From Lama glama (lineage: Eukaryota): a DNA stretch of 64,000 nt. How positions within the stretch are numbered: position 1 is the stretch's first letter; each line of letters begins with the position of its first letter. The translations under genes were made by a program, and so were the position numbers. The notes below the pieces were generated by a model. The model was not told the DNA's origin. It saw only the letters and a list, made by a program, of their open reading frames with translations, and did not search any database. Where the stretch lies: positions 48,052,001-48,116,000 of the forward strand of contig CM052818.1 in the NCBI GenBank assembly GCA_028534125.1, read 5' to 3'. Shown one piece after another: positions 38,921 through 51,960 of the stretch.

Positions 38921-40599
38921 CCTATCGGGATGCTTCTCACCCCTCCCAGACCTCCAGCCACAGGACTCCACCCCGTGTCGCAAATGCCGTGCCACGCGGC
39001 CATTCCACAGCATACTACCCACCTTGCCACACCATGCGCGCCACGTCACCCAAGGCATGCTCTTGACCTTGTCAACCCCTGGTCATCTATGAAGACTCAG
39101 CGCAGGCTCTATGTCCCAGCAGTAATCCTGACTGCCTCCAAGCATGGCTGTGAGTGATTCCAGGTGACGCAGCACATCCCTCTCTCATAGATGTGTTCAC
39201 TTCACATTATATTTAGTTACATGTTCTTGAAAAATGAGACCTGTGTTACCTGTGTCTTCCCTGCATGATCTCACAGTGCCTGGTACAGAGAAGGGCTCAA
39301 GGAATAGAGTCGCACTTCCTTGATGCAAACACAGGGGAAAACCAGCCTGACAGCTGAGACCAGCTCTTAGGGTCCCATGTGGTGATCTGACCCTCGCGGG
39401 CCCAGAGGGGAGAGCTGGCTTTGTTCTGCCGAAGCATCTCTCAGGCAGGGGGCGAGGAAGCCAACTTACTGTGTGACACTTGATGATGGTCACTTAGTAT
39501 GGACAAGGGCAGACATGCTTATTTTGCATCCTATACTAAACTCGTTCCAAAAAACATTTCATCTTTCTCTCTAATGTCTCACGAGATAATGAGCACGACC
39601 TTCTATTAGTGGTGCTAATTTAAGTGGCACAAAATAAAAGTTTGGATTTTGTAATCAGGTAACAGTTTGAAGCCTATGCCTGCCACTTAGTAACCTTCGG
39701 ACACTGAACAAAGTGCAGAACCATTGTCGTTCACCTCACACAGCTGTGAGTACTTGAGACCAGGCACACAGAGAACCTAATACATATGGCTGATGCCCAA
39801 TAAGTGTTAGTTCCTTGTGACTCACCCTCTTCTGAAAAGAAAGAAAGTGAGAATCGGGGATGAATTCTTGGAAGGCGTTCCAAAGATTTCAGGATTGAAG
39901 AATTTATTCCAGAATAACTTGTTCTTTAATATTTGGTAAAACGAGAATCCAGTTGGAGATCAAAGCACACATCTGTGGACTTTCATTCACAAGATAAATA
40001 AATGAATTTTTGTCTCTGGACATTTGCTGGCTGCTCTGAAAGCCACTCTCCATGTGTCTGTTCCACTCTTCCAAGCACCCTGGGACCTGGCCAGGACAGT
40101 GCTTACTATCTATAATCCACAGATGCAAAAATTGCTCAGTTGGAGGCACGGAATGCCTGAAGTCAAATAGACCTCAAGTTTTAAGCTGCTCTAAGAGATG
40201 TAATTTGGCAAATAAACACATTACCTTTTCAAGTGGGTTTTCTCCTCTTGTATCTCTCCGAATAGACTCTGGGAAGATATAAATCAGGAGTCTTGCCTGG
40301 GTCATATTTTAACCTGGGAAATGTCAAATGATAATGATCAGAAGCAAAGAAATGGAAAAAAAAGTGAGCTTTTTAAAATTTGCTAATTGCTCACTTTGAC
40401 TTTTCCTCCTTTCAACCTTGTGAAAGGAGTTCTATAAGAATATATGTGCAATAAGAAGGGAGTGAAATTTCTGCGGATCCTCTATGTGTCTGACAAATGG
40501 GTTAAACTCATTCTGTTCTTGGGCTGAGGCCAAATGACTTCAGAAAAAGAGCAAAATGTGGGCAAAGATGGAAGGTCTACTTCTTGAAAGATCACTGTC

Positions 40600-40820
40600 G
40601 AGCATGACTGATGGTTCTAAAAGGTGGCTCTGAATCCTCTGACATTTCTCCACTGAGAGGCGGGGTTGGTATGCCCTCCCCTTGATCTGACTGCCACCAT
40701 GTGAAGGAGCCCACTTGGAACAGCCCATGAAAGCCCTTGCCAAAATTAGAGTGAAATAAAAGCTAAAGTCACCTTGTTTTGGGGACGATTTCTTATGAGG
40801 CAACAGTAAGTCAAATAGTG
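40600..40820 (+). mobile_element. MLT1-family LTR fragment
   Basis: 'tggctctgaatcctctgacatttctccactgagaggcgggg...ccctccccttgatctg'. Confidence 0.55.
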
Positions 40821-42343
40821 ATTATCACTGCTTCAGTATCATCGCAGACCTAAGTTTGAAACAGTTTCAGCCCCCCTCTGTGAGTGTGAACGTAAGTGGA
40901 GAGTAACTGTCCAAACGGAGGACAGCAACGTATCATTTCATTAGTTACGACATTTGGATGCCTCTTCCCTTTTCCATTATTTCTGCCTGATTTTCACAGA
41001 AAGCTAATATCCTGAAATTCTTCTTACAGTCTATCCAGGCAGCAGAAAGCCTCAATAAACAGAAGAGTAACAGACATTTATGCTCCAATGGGACTGCGAG
41101 TCTTGTACTTCATTTTGTCTGGGTGTGGAAAATTGGGGTGAAGGGTAGAGAGTATGTTTTGGCTGAGTCCCCGTTATCCTTCGGTGCCAACTCTCTCCCT
41201 TCTCAATCCAGGACGGTCACAGCAAGTCTCACCGCTGAGTCCTTGAGCAATCTCATAGCAAATCCCTTGGGCTAGATGCTGCGGGGAGATCGTTGGCTGG
41301 GAACGTCCGCATTTCCTAGCTGTGGGGCTAAAAATATTCAAAGGACACACATGCCACGCTGGACATGATGTTCTCTTTGTAAATAAGAAAAACAATAATG
41401 GGAAAACCAATATAATGACTTGTCTTCAGCCCTGGAGGGAAAAGTGGAAGTGTAGCCTTTCCACGGATGGTTAAGTATGAGCAGAGTAGTCACCTGGTCC
41501 CATGTAGCTTTTCTACATATTCAGCTAAGGTTTAGTTTCTCCACGCTTCTCTTTCTCTCTCTCTCTATTAATTTTCATAATGAAAGGAGGAAGTTTTCTT
41601 TTTTTTCAATAAACCACATTGGTTCATTTTAATTTTGAGATAGATGTTTAATTTTAAAGGCTGTTTTATTAAAGGAGGATAGAAGGATAGAAGTAGTCAT
41701 AAAATTCACATTATTCAGCCATCAATTGATTTTTTTTTAATTTTCAAGTTGTTGGAATAGAGAGTCCACCCAGAGAATGGTGTAAGATCATAACATGGTC
41801 AAGTAGGGAACTAGTTTGTGTCTGTCTTTGAAATGAGTTGAAAATAAACGTTCCTTTCTGTGGGCATATGGTGATCCATTTTCAGTTATCCTTCTTTCTG
41901 GAAGATGACACCCTGCTGTTCCAGCCACACTTAATTCATCTCAATATGTTATTAAAGTGTTGCAATTTGCATGGTCAAAGCTGACTCATCAAAACCACAT
42001 CCATGCTCCAGCAGAGAAAGGGCAAGCCACTTGCTTTTCAGAAAGAGACACAGATACTGCCCACATCACTTCCACTCTCATTCCATTGGTACCAATTTGG
42101 CAAGAGCTTGGAAATGAAGTCTGTGGCTGGATGATTGTTGCCCTGCTGAAATATGTAGAATAATATTACTAAAAGTAATAAAGGAAAAATAGATTTTGGA
42201 GAACCATGAAAAAAATCTCTGCTCTGATCATGAACAATATATCAACAGTCTTGGAAAAATAGAGCAACATGAGTGAAAGACTCTGGGTTCCTGTCCATCT
42301 TTGTGGAGCAGAGTCGCCTATTGGCTCTGCACCATCTGACCTC

Positions 42344-42740
42344 TGTGTCTTAATTGGCTCAGACTGTTATATCAAAATGCCATAGCCTGGGTGGCTTAAA
42401 CATCACAAATATGTTTTTCTCATAATGTTGAAGGCTGTAAAATCAAAACTCGAGGTCCAGTAGGATTTGGTTCCTGGTGAGGGCTCTCTTTCTGGTCTGC
42501 AGATGGTTGTGATCTCACTGTGTCCTCACATGGTGGAAGGGAAGAGAGTGCTCTAAAGTCTCTTCCTCGTCTCTTCAAATAACAACACTAATTCACTAAT
42601 TCCATCATCGGGGCCCCACCCTCATAGCCTCATCTAAGCCGAATTACCTCTAAAGATCCCACCTCCAAATACCACCATTGAAGGTTAGGGCTTCAATATA
42701 TGGATTTGGGGGGGGGACACAAATATTCAGTCCATAACAT
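42344..42740 (-). mobile_element. MLT1A/MST-type MaLR LTR
   Basis: 'cctgggtggcttaaac...ggtgagggctctctt...ggccccaccctcat...gggacacaaatattcagtccataaca'. Confidence 0.9.
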
Positions 42741-43290
42741 CCTGTCTTGTTATATGATAGAGAATAGAATCTCTCTGTGTTTGCATTTATTTGTTGTATC
42801 AGTTTAGCCTATTTTTTACAGAATATATGCTCCAAAACAAGAATATTGCTCCTGATATGGTTTACCCAGCATTGAACTGAGTAGGACAATTCCCACGTGA
42901 GTTCTAGAAGCTGTTCTATTAATGATGACATCACAGTATTAACTTTGGGGGAAGAATTATATCACGTTGCTGCTCCTTACTAAGCTTGCTGTGGACTGAA
43001 ATCTACAAGCCTGCCCATCAAAAGGTACCGCTCTATACAATTTTCTCCACAATAGCACTGGAGTCCTCTTCAATTTTTTTGGAAACTTCCACAGATTGGC
43101 ATTAGATAATTCTCACATTAGTCATTTTGGGGATGACTGGCTCTTTGAAAGGGTTTATTTATTTTCTCTTTCCTGCTTCTCAAAGAAATGAGGAAACAAA
43201 TGTACATTACCTTATAGTTCACTGTAAAAAGAAAAAATCTCTGGAACTATCTGATTCACACTTACTCAGAAAAAAAGGTTGTTTACTAAG

Positions 43291-43728
43291 CTGCTTTGGT
43301 TTTAATTGTGTTCCCCCAAAAGACATCCTGCACCCCAGTACCTATAAATATGACCGTATTTGGAAATAGGGTCTTTACGTATGAAATCAGTTAAGTTTAA
43401 ATTAGGTCATACTCAATTAGAGCAGGCACTAATCCAATGGCTTCCTTATAAGAGGAGGGAAATTATGACGTGCAGATGTAGTGGGAGAATGCCATGCACA
43501 GGGGGAGGGAGGGATGGAGTGATGTGTCTCCAATCCAAGGTTGTCAGTGACAGCAGATGTTAGAAGAAACAGGGAAGGGTCCTCCCGTACACATTTCAGA
43601 GGGAGTATTGCCCTGCTGACACCTTGATGTCCTAGTTCTGGCCTCAGAACTGTGAGGAGATACTTTTCTATTGCTTTATGCCATCAAGTTTGTGATTTCT
43701 TGCCATGGCAACCCTAGGAAACTAACAA
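43291..43728 (+). mobile_element. MLT1B/C-type MaLR LTR
   Basis: 'aattgtgttcccccaaa...gtatttggaaatagggtcttt...gccctgctgacaccttgat...gcaaccctaggaaactaaca'. Confidence 0.9.
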
Positions 43729-44779
43729 GTGACTTTTGGGGTTTGGACAAGTCAGCCTCTCCCAACCTACTTAGGTCATCTCTGAAGTTGGAGTAAAGAT
43801 AGATGGCAGTGATGAAGAGGAAATGAAATAACATGTGAAGCATCTCAACACATAGGATCTGACTCAGCGAGTGGTAGCTCTCTCTGCAGCCTACAGACGG
43901 TGGGACTGGGCAGGCTGGGCAGAGAACTTTATCTCCGTGTGTGGGTAGAGGCTTCCTTCACAGTTTTACAACCACCCACTCACCATCTGTGAAGATAATA
44001 GAAGTAACAGTAACTGTCTCTATTTTTATAAACAAGGGCTTGGTAGTAAATATCCCCTCCATTCTCAAATTTGCATATCCCAGTATATTTCCCAGTAGTG
44101 CCTCATAACTGAGACAATCATGATAAAAATATGTCCTGAATTTTTTAATCATATGTTGATCTGCAATAGTTTTGATTTTCCAAAAAAAAAGAGTAATTGA
44201 AAGAAGCCTTTGTCTTTCTGAAAAGTATAGATGTATACCTATTTAATTAACTAAGCTCTTCCAATTAGGTCAACTCTATGTTTATTTCAAAACTATTTAA
44301 CTAATAGCATAATGTGATTGCATAAGCAGAGGCTACAAAAAAAGATAAAAAGCAATTTCTTAGGAACAACTCCAACAAGGATGTGGGTATTTCCATGGAA
44401 AAGGCTCAATGAAACATTTATTTAGTTATTTATTTTCATAGTGATGTGACAACACTGCATATTTTTGTGGACAGAAAATACTTTCTTTTGAGGGCAGAAA
44501 GTATAAAATGGAAACAAAAGGAAACTGTCAAAAAGTCCCATCAATATGACAGATGCTGTGTGGGGAGGTTTGAGTTTTTACTTCTGGATGGGTGAGCCTA
44601 AGTTCTTCATTTTATAATGGAGAAACCATGAACATTAAATCATTTAGAATTCCTGACATTACTCATCTGCTAAGTGGAAAAACTAGAATTTGAATCTGAG
44701 TCTTCTGACTCCATTATATCTTATGACCAAAAGGATTCTTATGATGGAACTTGCTATGTTCAGTCCAACTGAGAAATGA

Positions 44780-46170
44780 ATGGCAGGAAGAAAAGAGATA
44801 TTTTCTCTCCACCCTCAGTATTGAAATTTATTATAAAGCAATATTAATTATTTTATTAATTAATATTAATACAGATCATAGATTAATAAAACTAGGTAGA
44901 TTTAACAGCCAATAAACTCTTTTATGTCTACAGTAATATTTTATATTGATGGAGAATGGAGAAAGTGTGAAGCTCTCCACAAACAGTGCTGATGTAACTG
45001 GTTATTTGAATGAAAAATAAATGAGATTGTATCCCTACCTCACACCGCACATACAAATCAATTCCAGATGGATAAACCCTGCAAAGTGAAAGGCAAAATG
45101 TTTGAAACTTTTAGAACATCTTTATATATTAGGTCATAAAAGGAATGCAAAATGTACCTTATTGCATTAAAATTAAGAACTTTTGTTTTAATCAAAACAC
45201 ATGAAAAGCAAGCTATCACTTGGGAGAAAGCCATTATGACATATGTAACCAAAAAAGTTTATTATTACCATATATATTTCATCTTTTTCTATGAGTTGAT
45301 GAGAAAAAAGCAAAAGTCACCAGAAAAGTAGGGAAAAATACAGTCGTTTCATATAAAAATAAACACAACTTGTGAATAAATGTCTGGAAAGGTGTTCAAC
45401 TTCATTAGTAATCAGGAAAATGTTTAATTAAAATCCTAAATGTGTTACTACTGAACAGCCAGGAGAGTAGGGGGAAGATACAGCATGATGATATTAAGTG
45501 TTGGTGAGATGCAGAGCAGGAGGAACTCATCCGCTTCCGAGGGAAGTATACATTAGCCTCTTACCAGCGACACAGAAAAGCTGGGGATCTATACATCTAA
45601 GATCCAGAAATGCTACTTCTACATACACACCCTAGAAAAACCATAGCTCAAGAGAATTAGGATATGTAAAGGCATAATCAAGGCATTGTTTTTAACAGCA
45701 AAATATTGGAAAATAACCACCTAACCAAATATCTATCAAATGTATAGGTAAATTGTGAGCTAACTGCATTAGGGAATCTAGGACAGACTGACAGTTAAGC
45801 CACTTCTCCACAGATCAACATAGGTGCATTGAGAAAATGTAATGTTGGGTAGAACTGTAAGGAAAAGAATGAAAAGAATAATGCACATATTTATGACTGT
45901 ATAAAGGTCAAACCTTGGAAATTACTAATATTATAATTATATAATGGTTTATTTGTGTAATCAATCTCTCAGGAAAAATAAGGGAAGAATTACACAAAAT
46001 AGAGGTGTAATTATTTCAGGTTATGAGTGAGGGAGGGATATTATGAGACGTGCAAATAAGGGATTTCAAATCTAGTGGCAATTGTCTGTTTCTAAAGGTT
46101 GATGAGAAGCTCATGGGGATTGATTTTATCATTATTATGTAAATGTTAAGTATATTTTCCATTCAGTTTT
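44780..46170 (+). mobile_element. Ancient L1 (L1ME-like) ORF2 end and 3'UTR
   Basis: 'atccctacctcacaccgcac...aattccagatggat' and 'gtgttcaacttcattagtaatcagg', collinear L1 motifs. Confidence 0.75.
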
Positions 46171-46209
46171 GTAGGATATGTGTTTTTCTAGAATATCTCA
46201 AGATTTTTG

Positions 46210-46345
46210 GAGCTTCCAGAAGTAGCACAGTCTTGCTGACACTTTGATTTTATTTTTCTGATGTCCAGAACTGTAATGATGAGTTTTTTTTCCCCCACTA
46301 AGTTAGCAGCAATCTGTTACAGCAGCAACAAGTTAACTCATACAC
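46210..46345 (+). mobile_element. MLT1 LTR 3' fragment
   Basis: 'gctgacactttgatttt...tccagaactgtaatga...ctgttacagcagcaac'. Confidence 0.7.
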
Positions 46346-46436
46346 ACTCGTGGCCTGAGCCTCCCCAAGCTCCGTGTGCAAATTTTGATGGGAAAAGGGC
46401 CTGCTGTGTCTGGCTCCTGCTTCGAATCCTTCAGTG

Positions 46437-46658
46437 TTTGGGATTTGCAGATACACACTGCTGCGTATAAAAGAGATAAACACCTACCATAGAGCACAGG
46501 GAACTGTGTTCAGTAGCTTGTAATAACTGATAATGAAAAATAATAAAAAAGAACATATATGTAAGTATCACTGAGTCACTATGCTGTCCACCACAAACTA
46601 ACACAACCTTGCAAATCAGCTGTGCTTCAGTGAACAAACTAACAAACAACAACAACAG
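46437..46658 (+). mobile_element. 5'-truncated L1 3' tail with (CAA)-type tail
   Basis: Homologous to the L1 3'UTR at 4100-4290; imperfect TSD gaatccttcagtg (46424-46436) and aaacccttcaatg (46659-46671). Confidence 0.8.
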
Positions 46659-49600
46659 AAACCCTTCAATGGATTCCTACTAGAGGGAGCAAGGAAAGGG
46701 AGGAAAGCGGGAAGACGGGGAACCTGACCGCACAGAAGGCCCTCCTGGCCCTGGGACTTTGCACATCGCACCCCGCTACCCGAAAAGCTCCTCTTCACCC
46801 TCCACTCCGCGAACTTCTACTCACCCACCAGATCTTGTCACATCTTCAGAAGCACCTCCTGATTCTTCACGCCCCTGAACACCACCGGGAACATGTCCTC
46901 TTCTCCCACTCTGCGCTCTTCTCTTGCGGAGAACGCGGGCGATGAGCGGTGATGGCTCTGTCTCTGCGCGCTCCCTTCTCACGCGCCCCCTCTGGCTCAT
47001 GGCGCCTGGACCACGATGCGCCCTCCTCACGTGCTGCTCCCTCCGCTTCTGCCCTGCTCTTCCCGACACTGGGGACTCACTCAGGTGTCTCCTGTCTCAC
47101 GCCTGCCCTGGACAGAGGCACCCCGTGCCCTCTCTCTTTTGATCTACATGCAGCCCTGCAGCGTTTTTACTGAGGTAACTCCACATTTTCCCCATACAGC
47201 CTGCGCCTTCAGATAGAGCTTTGGCAAAGTTATAAATTCAGATGGTGGCTGTCCTGCTGAACTCGGAATATTTTATGTCTGGCTCCCTCCTTCACGGTTT
47301 CTCCCCTAGGAGCTCTTAAACCCTCAGGCAAATGAGCCTGCCTGAGCCTGTTCCACCAGGCTCTCCCCATGGGCTTGCTCATGTCCAAATCCCACTGTCT
47401 TTGAGAAAAGGATTTCAAATACCCTACAGGTAAGAGAGTGAAATGAGAAAACATACATTTTCTAAGGGTAACATTTCTACCAATACTCTGGTGGACATGT
47501 TGAGTTACAGCTCTCGCTCAGCAGTGAGGGAGGTGTTTGTTGAAGGAACCAACCACCCCTGGAGAGGGAAGGGCATTCTCGTCGGGCCAGAGGCATCGCT
47601 GAGCCGGGCTGCCCACTGCATCCCAGGAGCACCTGAGCAGAGGGCCGAGCTCACAGCCTCCTCTCTAACCACAGGGAGGGAAGAGACATTTGCTTTATTT
47701 ACCGTAAACAACAGAGAAAGCAGAATATGCATCCTCCTGCAGGCCGGAATGTTATTACTGCTTTCATAAAGGTTTACCTGTCTTTGAGAGCTCACCGTGG
47801 AGAGGCATGGCTACTCTGTCCCCTCCCTGCTGTGCTTTAAGTCATTCGCCTGATTTGTCGCCATTTTCTGCAGCTGTGTAATGACTATAAAACTGGAAAA
47901 AACATAAAACATGAAAGAAAGGTGTTGAAGTCAGCCTTAAGGTACTAAATTCCTGACAGCAGCTTGTAAAGCAGTTGGGAAATATGTGCTGTCGGGGGCT
48001 GATGACGGTTGGGAGGTGCGGAGATGGAGGTGCTGACATGGCCGGGCCTTGGTGGGCTGAGTGAGCCGGCGCCGAGGACCAGCCTGGGTGTGCCCTCCAG
48101 CCGGGCGGGAGCCACGAGGCGGGCGCGGCAGCAGGTGCCCACATGATACCTGGAGATCGGATAGCTTAACAGACCCTTCACCGGTACACTATTCGTTTTG
48201 TCACCTCTTTTCTTTGGGGACTGGATGGAAATGCCAATGGAAAGAGATATAGTCAGGATTTTTTTTTTAATGTGAAACATATGGTTGTTTTTGCCAACAC
48301 AGAGCACTTTTCTCCACTTTACATCACCATGAGTAGTGGGGCTCCTTTGAAAAGTGTCTTGATTATATAAATACCAATTAGCTTTCTCAAAATTAAAAGC
48401 AGGACAAATTTATGAAAATATTTTTGTATAGGGTAAGCATTCAGGATGGAAAGTTTTCTTCCCCTTAGTTCTCCAATAGCATTTTTTTTTTGCAATACTC
48501 TCATTATAAGCCCACGTTGTTTGCCCTGAAGCACCCCTAGTTCCCAGAGAATCCTTCTAGCACCAACAGGACAGGTGTTTCTGGAAATTTCTAGATATTT
48601 TCTAGAAAAGCTGGTACATCCTAGTGTGCAAGGTATGACTTCCTCATGACTCTCTTTAAGGTCTACAAGGTCACCTTAGGGATGAACTGACTATTGCAAT
48701 TGTTTGAGCCTACTAGAAACTTCCAAGCTCTACCCAGTTCTCATCTCCTTCCAAGGACAGAGAGCCATCTTGTTCCCATACTTCCATATTAGTTATTGGA
48801 CTAGTCCTGGAAGATGCAAAGCGAGTGAGGTGTGTGCCCCTTCCAAGCCGAAGACCCTCCGACACACGTTTTTCTGCCACAGTAACCCCTGCGGCACGGG
48901 CTGACAATGAGATGTCATTCTGGACCACTGAGCCGCCACCAAGAGGACTACTGCCCTGGGAAGTCTCCTGGACCAAAGTCAGCTCTTTACAAACTAGAAA
49001 TAGGATTAATTTTGGTGAGCCAGCAGAGCTTGTCGGGCTTGTGTGTTACTGCACATACCCTGGTAACACACGCACTCAACGGAGAGGGACGGAAGGACAC
49101 GCGGACTGAGTTTGACGTGGTAAGCCTAGCCTGGGCTGTTGGGCCCCATGTGTGATGCTATAACAGACTGACTAATTTCGACTTCGGGAAATGTGCTAGT
49201 TTTACTCCTATACAGACTGTGTGGTAGCTGTGGAAATGGGCCACTTGGATCTTGACAAAACCTGCTGTGGGAAGCAGAGGCCAGTGAAGCCTCTCGTCTC
49301 TGCACCCGTGAATGCTGAGCCATGCTCCTTCTAGGCTGCTCCTGGCCTTCAACCGAGTACAGGGGGAGCCCTCGTGCTGACAGATTCTTGCTATCACCGG
49401 CGGGTTACACCTGGGGGCGTACGCTGGCTTGGCTGAGATTTCTTCAGCGCTCCATTGTGCTGCGACTGTTCTGACGCGCTCCTTTCTTCTTGCTCTCCTT
49501 TCAAAGGTGTTGGAACTGCATCGAGGCTGGAAGGCCTGCTCCCTCCTCCTTCACCCTTCACAGAAAGTTCCCTCAATCAGTCAACAGTTCTGTCCTCAAG

Positions 49601-50010
49601 GCTGCCAAGACTCTTGCATACACCATGCATATGTGTGTCATATCTTTTATATGTTTTGGACATGAGATGAGAATGAGATCACATGACATACATTTTGCAC
49701 ATTGGTATCATCTAGCTCATTTGACTCAGAAAAGCTATCAGAATACCTGCTTTTGACAATAACCAGAATAATCCAACACCACTCTTAAAATGCTCCACAC
49801 CCGAGACAGTAAATACTAGGAGAATGATTTAATAGGGGACAATGTAGCCAAACGAGCACTGGCAAGTTTTAGCTTCTATCTCTAAAATCAGGTAATACAA
49901 GTTATCACTCTTAAATTTATGATTATGGGTATGCAGTTTAATATATGAAACCGGATACCTGATTTGGATAAATGATTTACATTAAATGCATTCCATTATC
50001 TGTCACCACT

Positions 50011-50433
50011 CAGGGCCTTACTAATTTCTATAGTATTTCATTAAATTAAAAAAAATCATAAATTCATATACTATTAATAGGAAACATTACAGAAGAACCC
50101 AGACATTTAGAATTAAGCAACTTTTCCCGAAAGCTCACTTTAGTAAGGCTGATATAAAGAACAGCTTTGACAACAAATGAAAGATTTAGAAATTTATTGT
50201 AATAACAAAATATATCAAAAGATCTGCAAGAAAAACTGAGTGTATTTGGATAATGTGGCAACAATGTGTTTACTGTCAGTGACTACAAATATATTTACTT
50301 ACTTTTCCACCAAATTTACTTATATTTTGAATAATATTTCTATTTTGATGTTTTTGTAAAATATAGAATTTGGAGAACTACACTTTGATAATTTCTGAAA
50401 AATGTTAATTTAATGATAAATTTTCAGCATCCT
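50011..50433 (+). mobile_element. Possible hAT (Tip100-like) transposon remnant
   Basis: 50129-50196 reads, with frameshifts, ESS/FSK..IKN/..TTNERFRNL, resembling the hAT dimerisation motif ERSFSKL..IK..LRS.M..ERL. Confidence 0.3.
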
Positions 50434-51035
50434 GGAGTGAAAGAATCCAAATTCAACACGCTTATTAAAGGACTGTTCAGTGCCAGGCTCTGTACTGGGC
50501 CGGTTCCTGAGCAGCTGCGGGGATCTGAAAAAGTGCCTCAGCCTCTAAACCTCACATTTCTGAATTATTTTTTAATATTTAAAATAATATGACCACGAGC
50601 CTGCAGTTGTGGGGGCCTCTGCACGTGAGAAAGAACAAATGAATAGTGAAGCGTGCTCCCTATCAAGGGCATCTTTTGATCCTAAATAGGCTATTTATGA
50701 ACCTGAAACTCTTGCTGGAGATTTCAGTCCATTTCTGAATGAATGTCTGTGTTCAGGGAAGACTATTCCTTCTTCGAAATCACCTTTAAGTCTCTCTCTG
50801 GCTCTGCATTTCCTCACTCTCCCTCTTTGAGCTCTGCCACTGCTTCTGGTCCTCAGTCCCACCCCCTCCCTCCCCCAGGCTCTTGGCCATCACTCATGTG
50901 GCACTGTTGTAACTGCCTCTCTGCGGCCCTCTGTCGCTCTCCCCAGAGTACCTCTGTGTCTGCTGGGATCCGCATCCCCGGCCCCACGCTGGCCTCCATG
51001 GTTAATTGTGATGGACTGCTTTCCTTCACATCATT

Positions 51036-51181
51036 CTCCTTTTGTTGAAGTGTAGTCAGTGACAGTGTGTCAGTTTCTGGTGTAGGGCATCATATTTCAG
51101 TCATCCACACGCATACCATGTGATAGCACTCATATGCGGAATCTAAAAAAAAAGAGAAAAAAGAAGACACGGATGAACTTA
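51036..51181 (-). mobile_element. Short L1 insertion with 5' inversion
   Basis: Antisense L1 3' end (51036-~51113) joined to a sense-oriented upstream L1 segment (~51113-51181); 14-bp TSD tccttcaYatcatt at 51022-51035 and 51182-51195. Confidence 0.8.
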
Positions 51182-51573
51182 TCCTTCATATCATTTGAAT
51201 GGCCCCTCCTCCTACTCCATCCTTCATCCAGCGGATGAGGCTCAGCTTCACTCTGTCTCCTCCTCAGATGAAGCCATTCTCCTGGTCTGGCCTCAGGGTC
51301 TCCGCCCACACAGATCTCTTTGAATTGGTTGTCTCACCTTTGCCCCACAAGCCCCTCCCTGGTAGAAGCGGAGGAGGTCCCATCCCGTGCTGTTCTGTAA
51401 ACACTGGCTTTCTGCTTACCCCTCAAGATGGACATCTTCTGCAGCTCATGCAGCCCCTCCCCAGGGACGGAACAGGGAACATGCCCTTCCCCCGAGACCT
51501 GTGGGCTCCGCCCCGTGCCTCCCGCCCACAGCCCCCAGCGGAACTTTTGTTTTCTGCTGACACTTTGCCTGTG

Positions 51574-51960
51574 GTCTGATCTCAGTCAGCTCAAGCTGCT
51601 ATAACAAAATGCCACAGACTGGGTAGCTTAACCGACAGATTCCTTATCTCACAGATCTGGAGGCTGGAAGTCCAAGATCAAAGTGCCATCAGGGTTGGGC
51701 TCCGGTGAGAGCCCCCTTTCTGACTTGCAGGTGGCTGTCTTACAACCGTGCCTCATATGGTGTCCCCTGTGCACGTGCAGAGAAGAGAATTCTTTCTCTC
51801 TTCCTCTTCTTCAAAGGACACGAACCCCATCATGAGGGTCCCTTGTTACCTAACCTAACCCTATTTGCCTCCCAAAGGTCTTGACTCTAATACCATCACA
51901 CTGGGGCTTAGGACGTCAGTACAGGACTTTGGGGAGGACACACCCACTCAGTTCTTAACA
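51574..51960 (-). mobile_element. MLT1A/MST-type MaLR LTR
   Basis: 'gctgctataacaaaatgccacagactggg...ctggaggctggaagtccaagatcaa...taataccatcacactgggg'. Confidence 0.9.

Noticed and set aside
38970..39060. Degenerate GCCAC/CCAYR pentamer-like run
   Set aside because: Too irregular to call a tandem repeat; more likely part of a local GC-shifted patch.
46981..47000. CTCF-like GCCAGAGGGGGCGC on the minus strand
   Set aside because: Only the 3' half fits the consensus, and GC-rich context makes chance matches likely.
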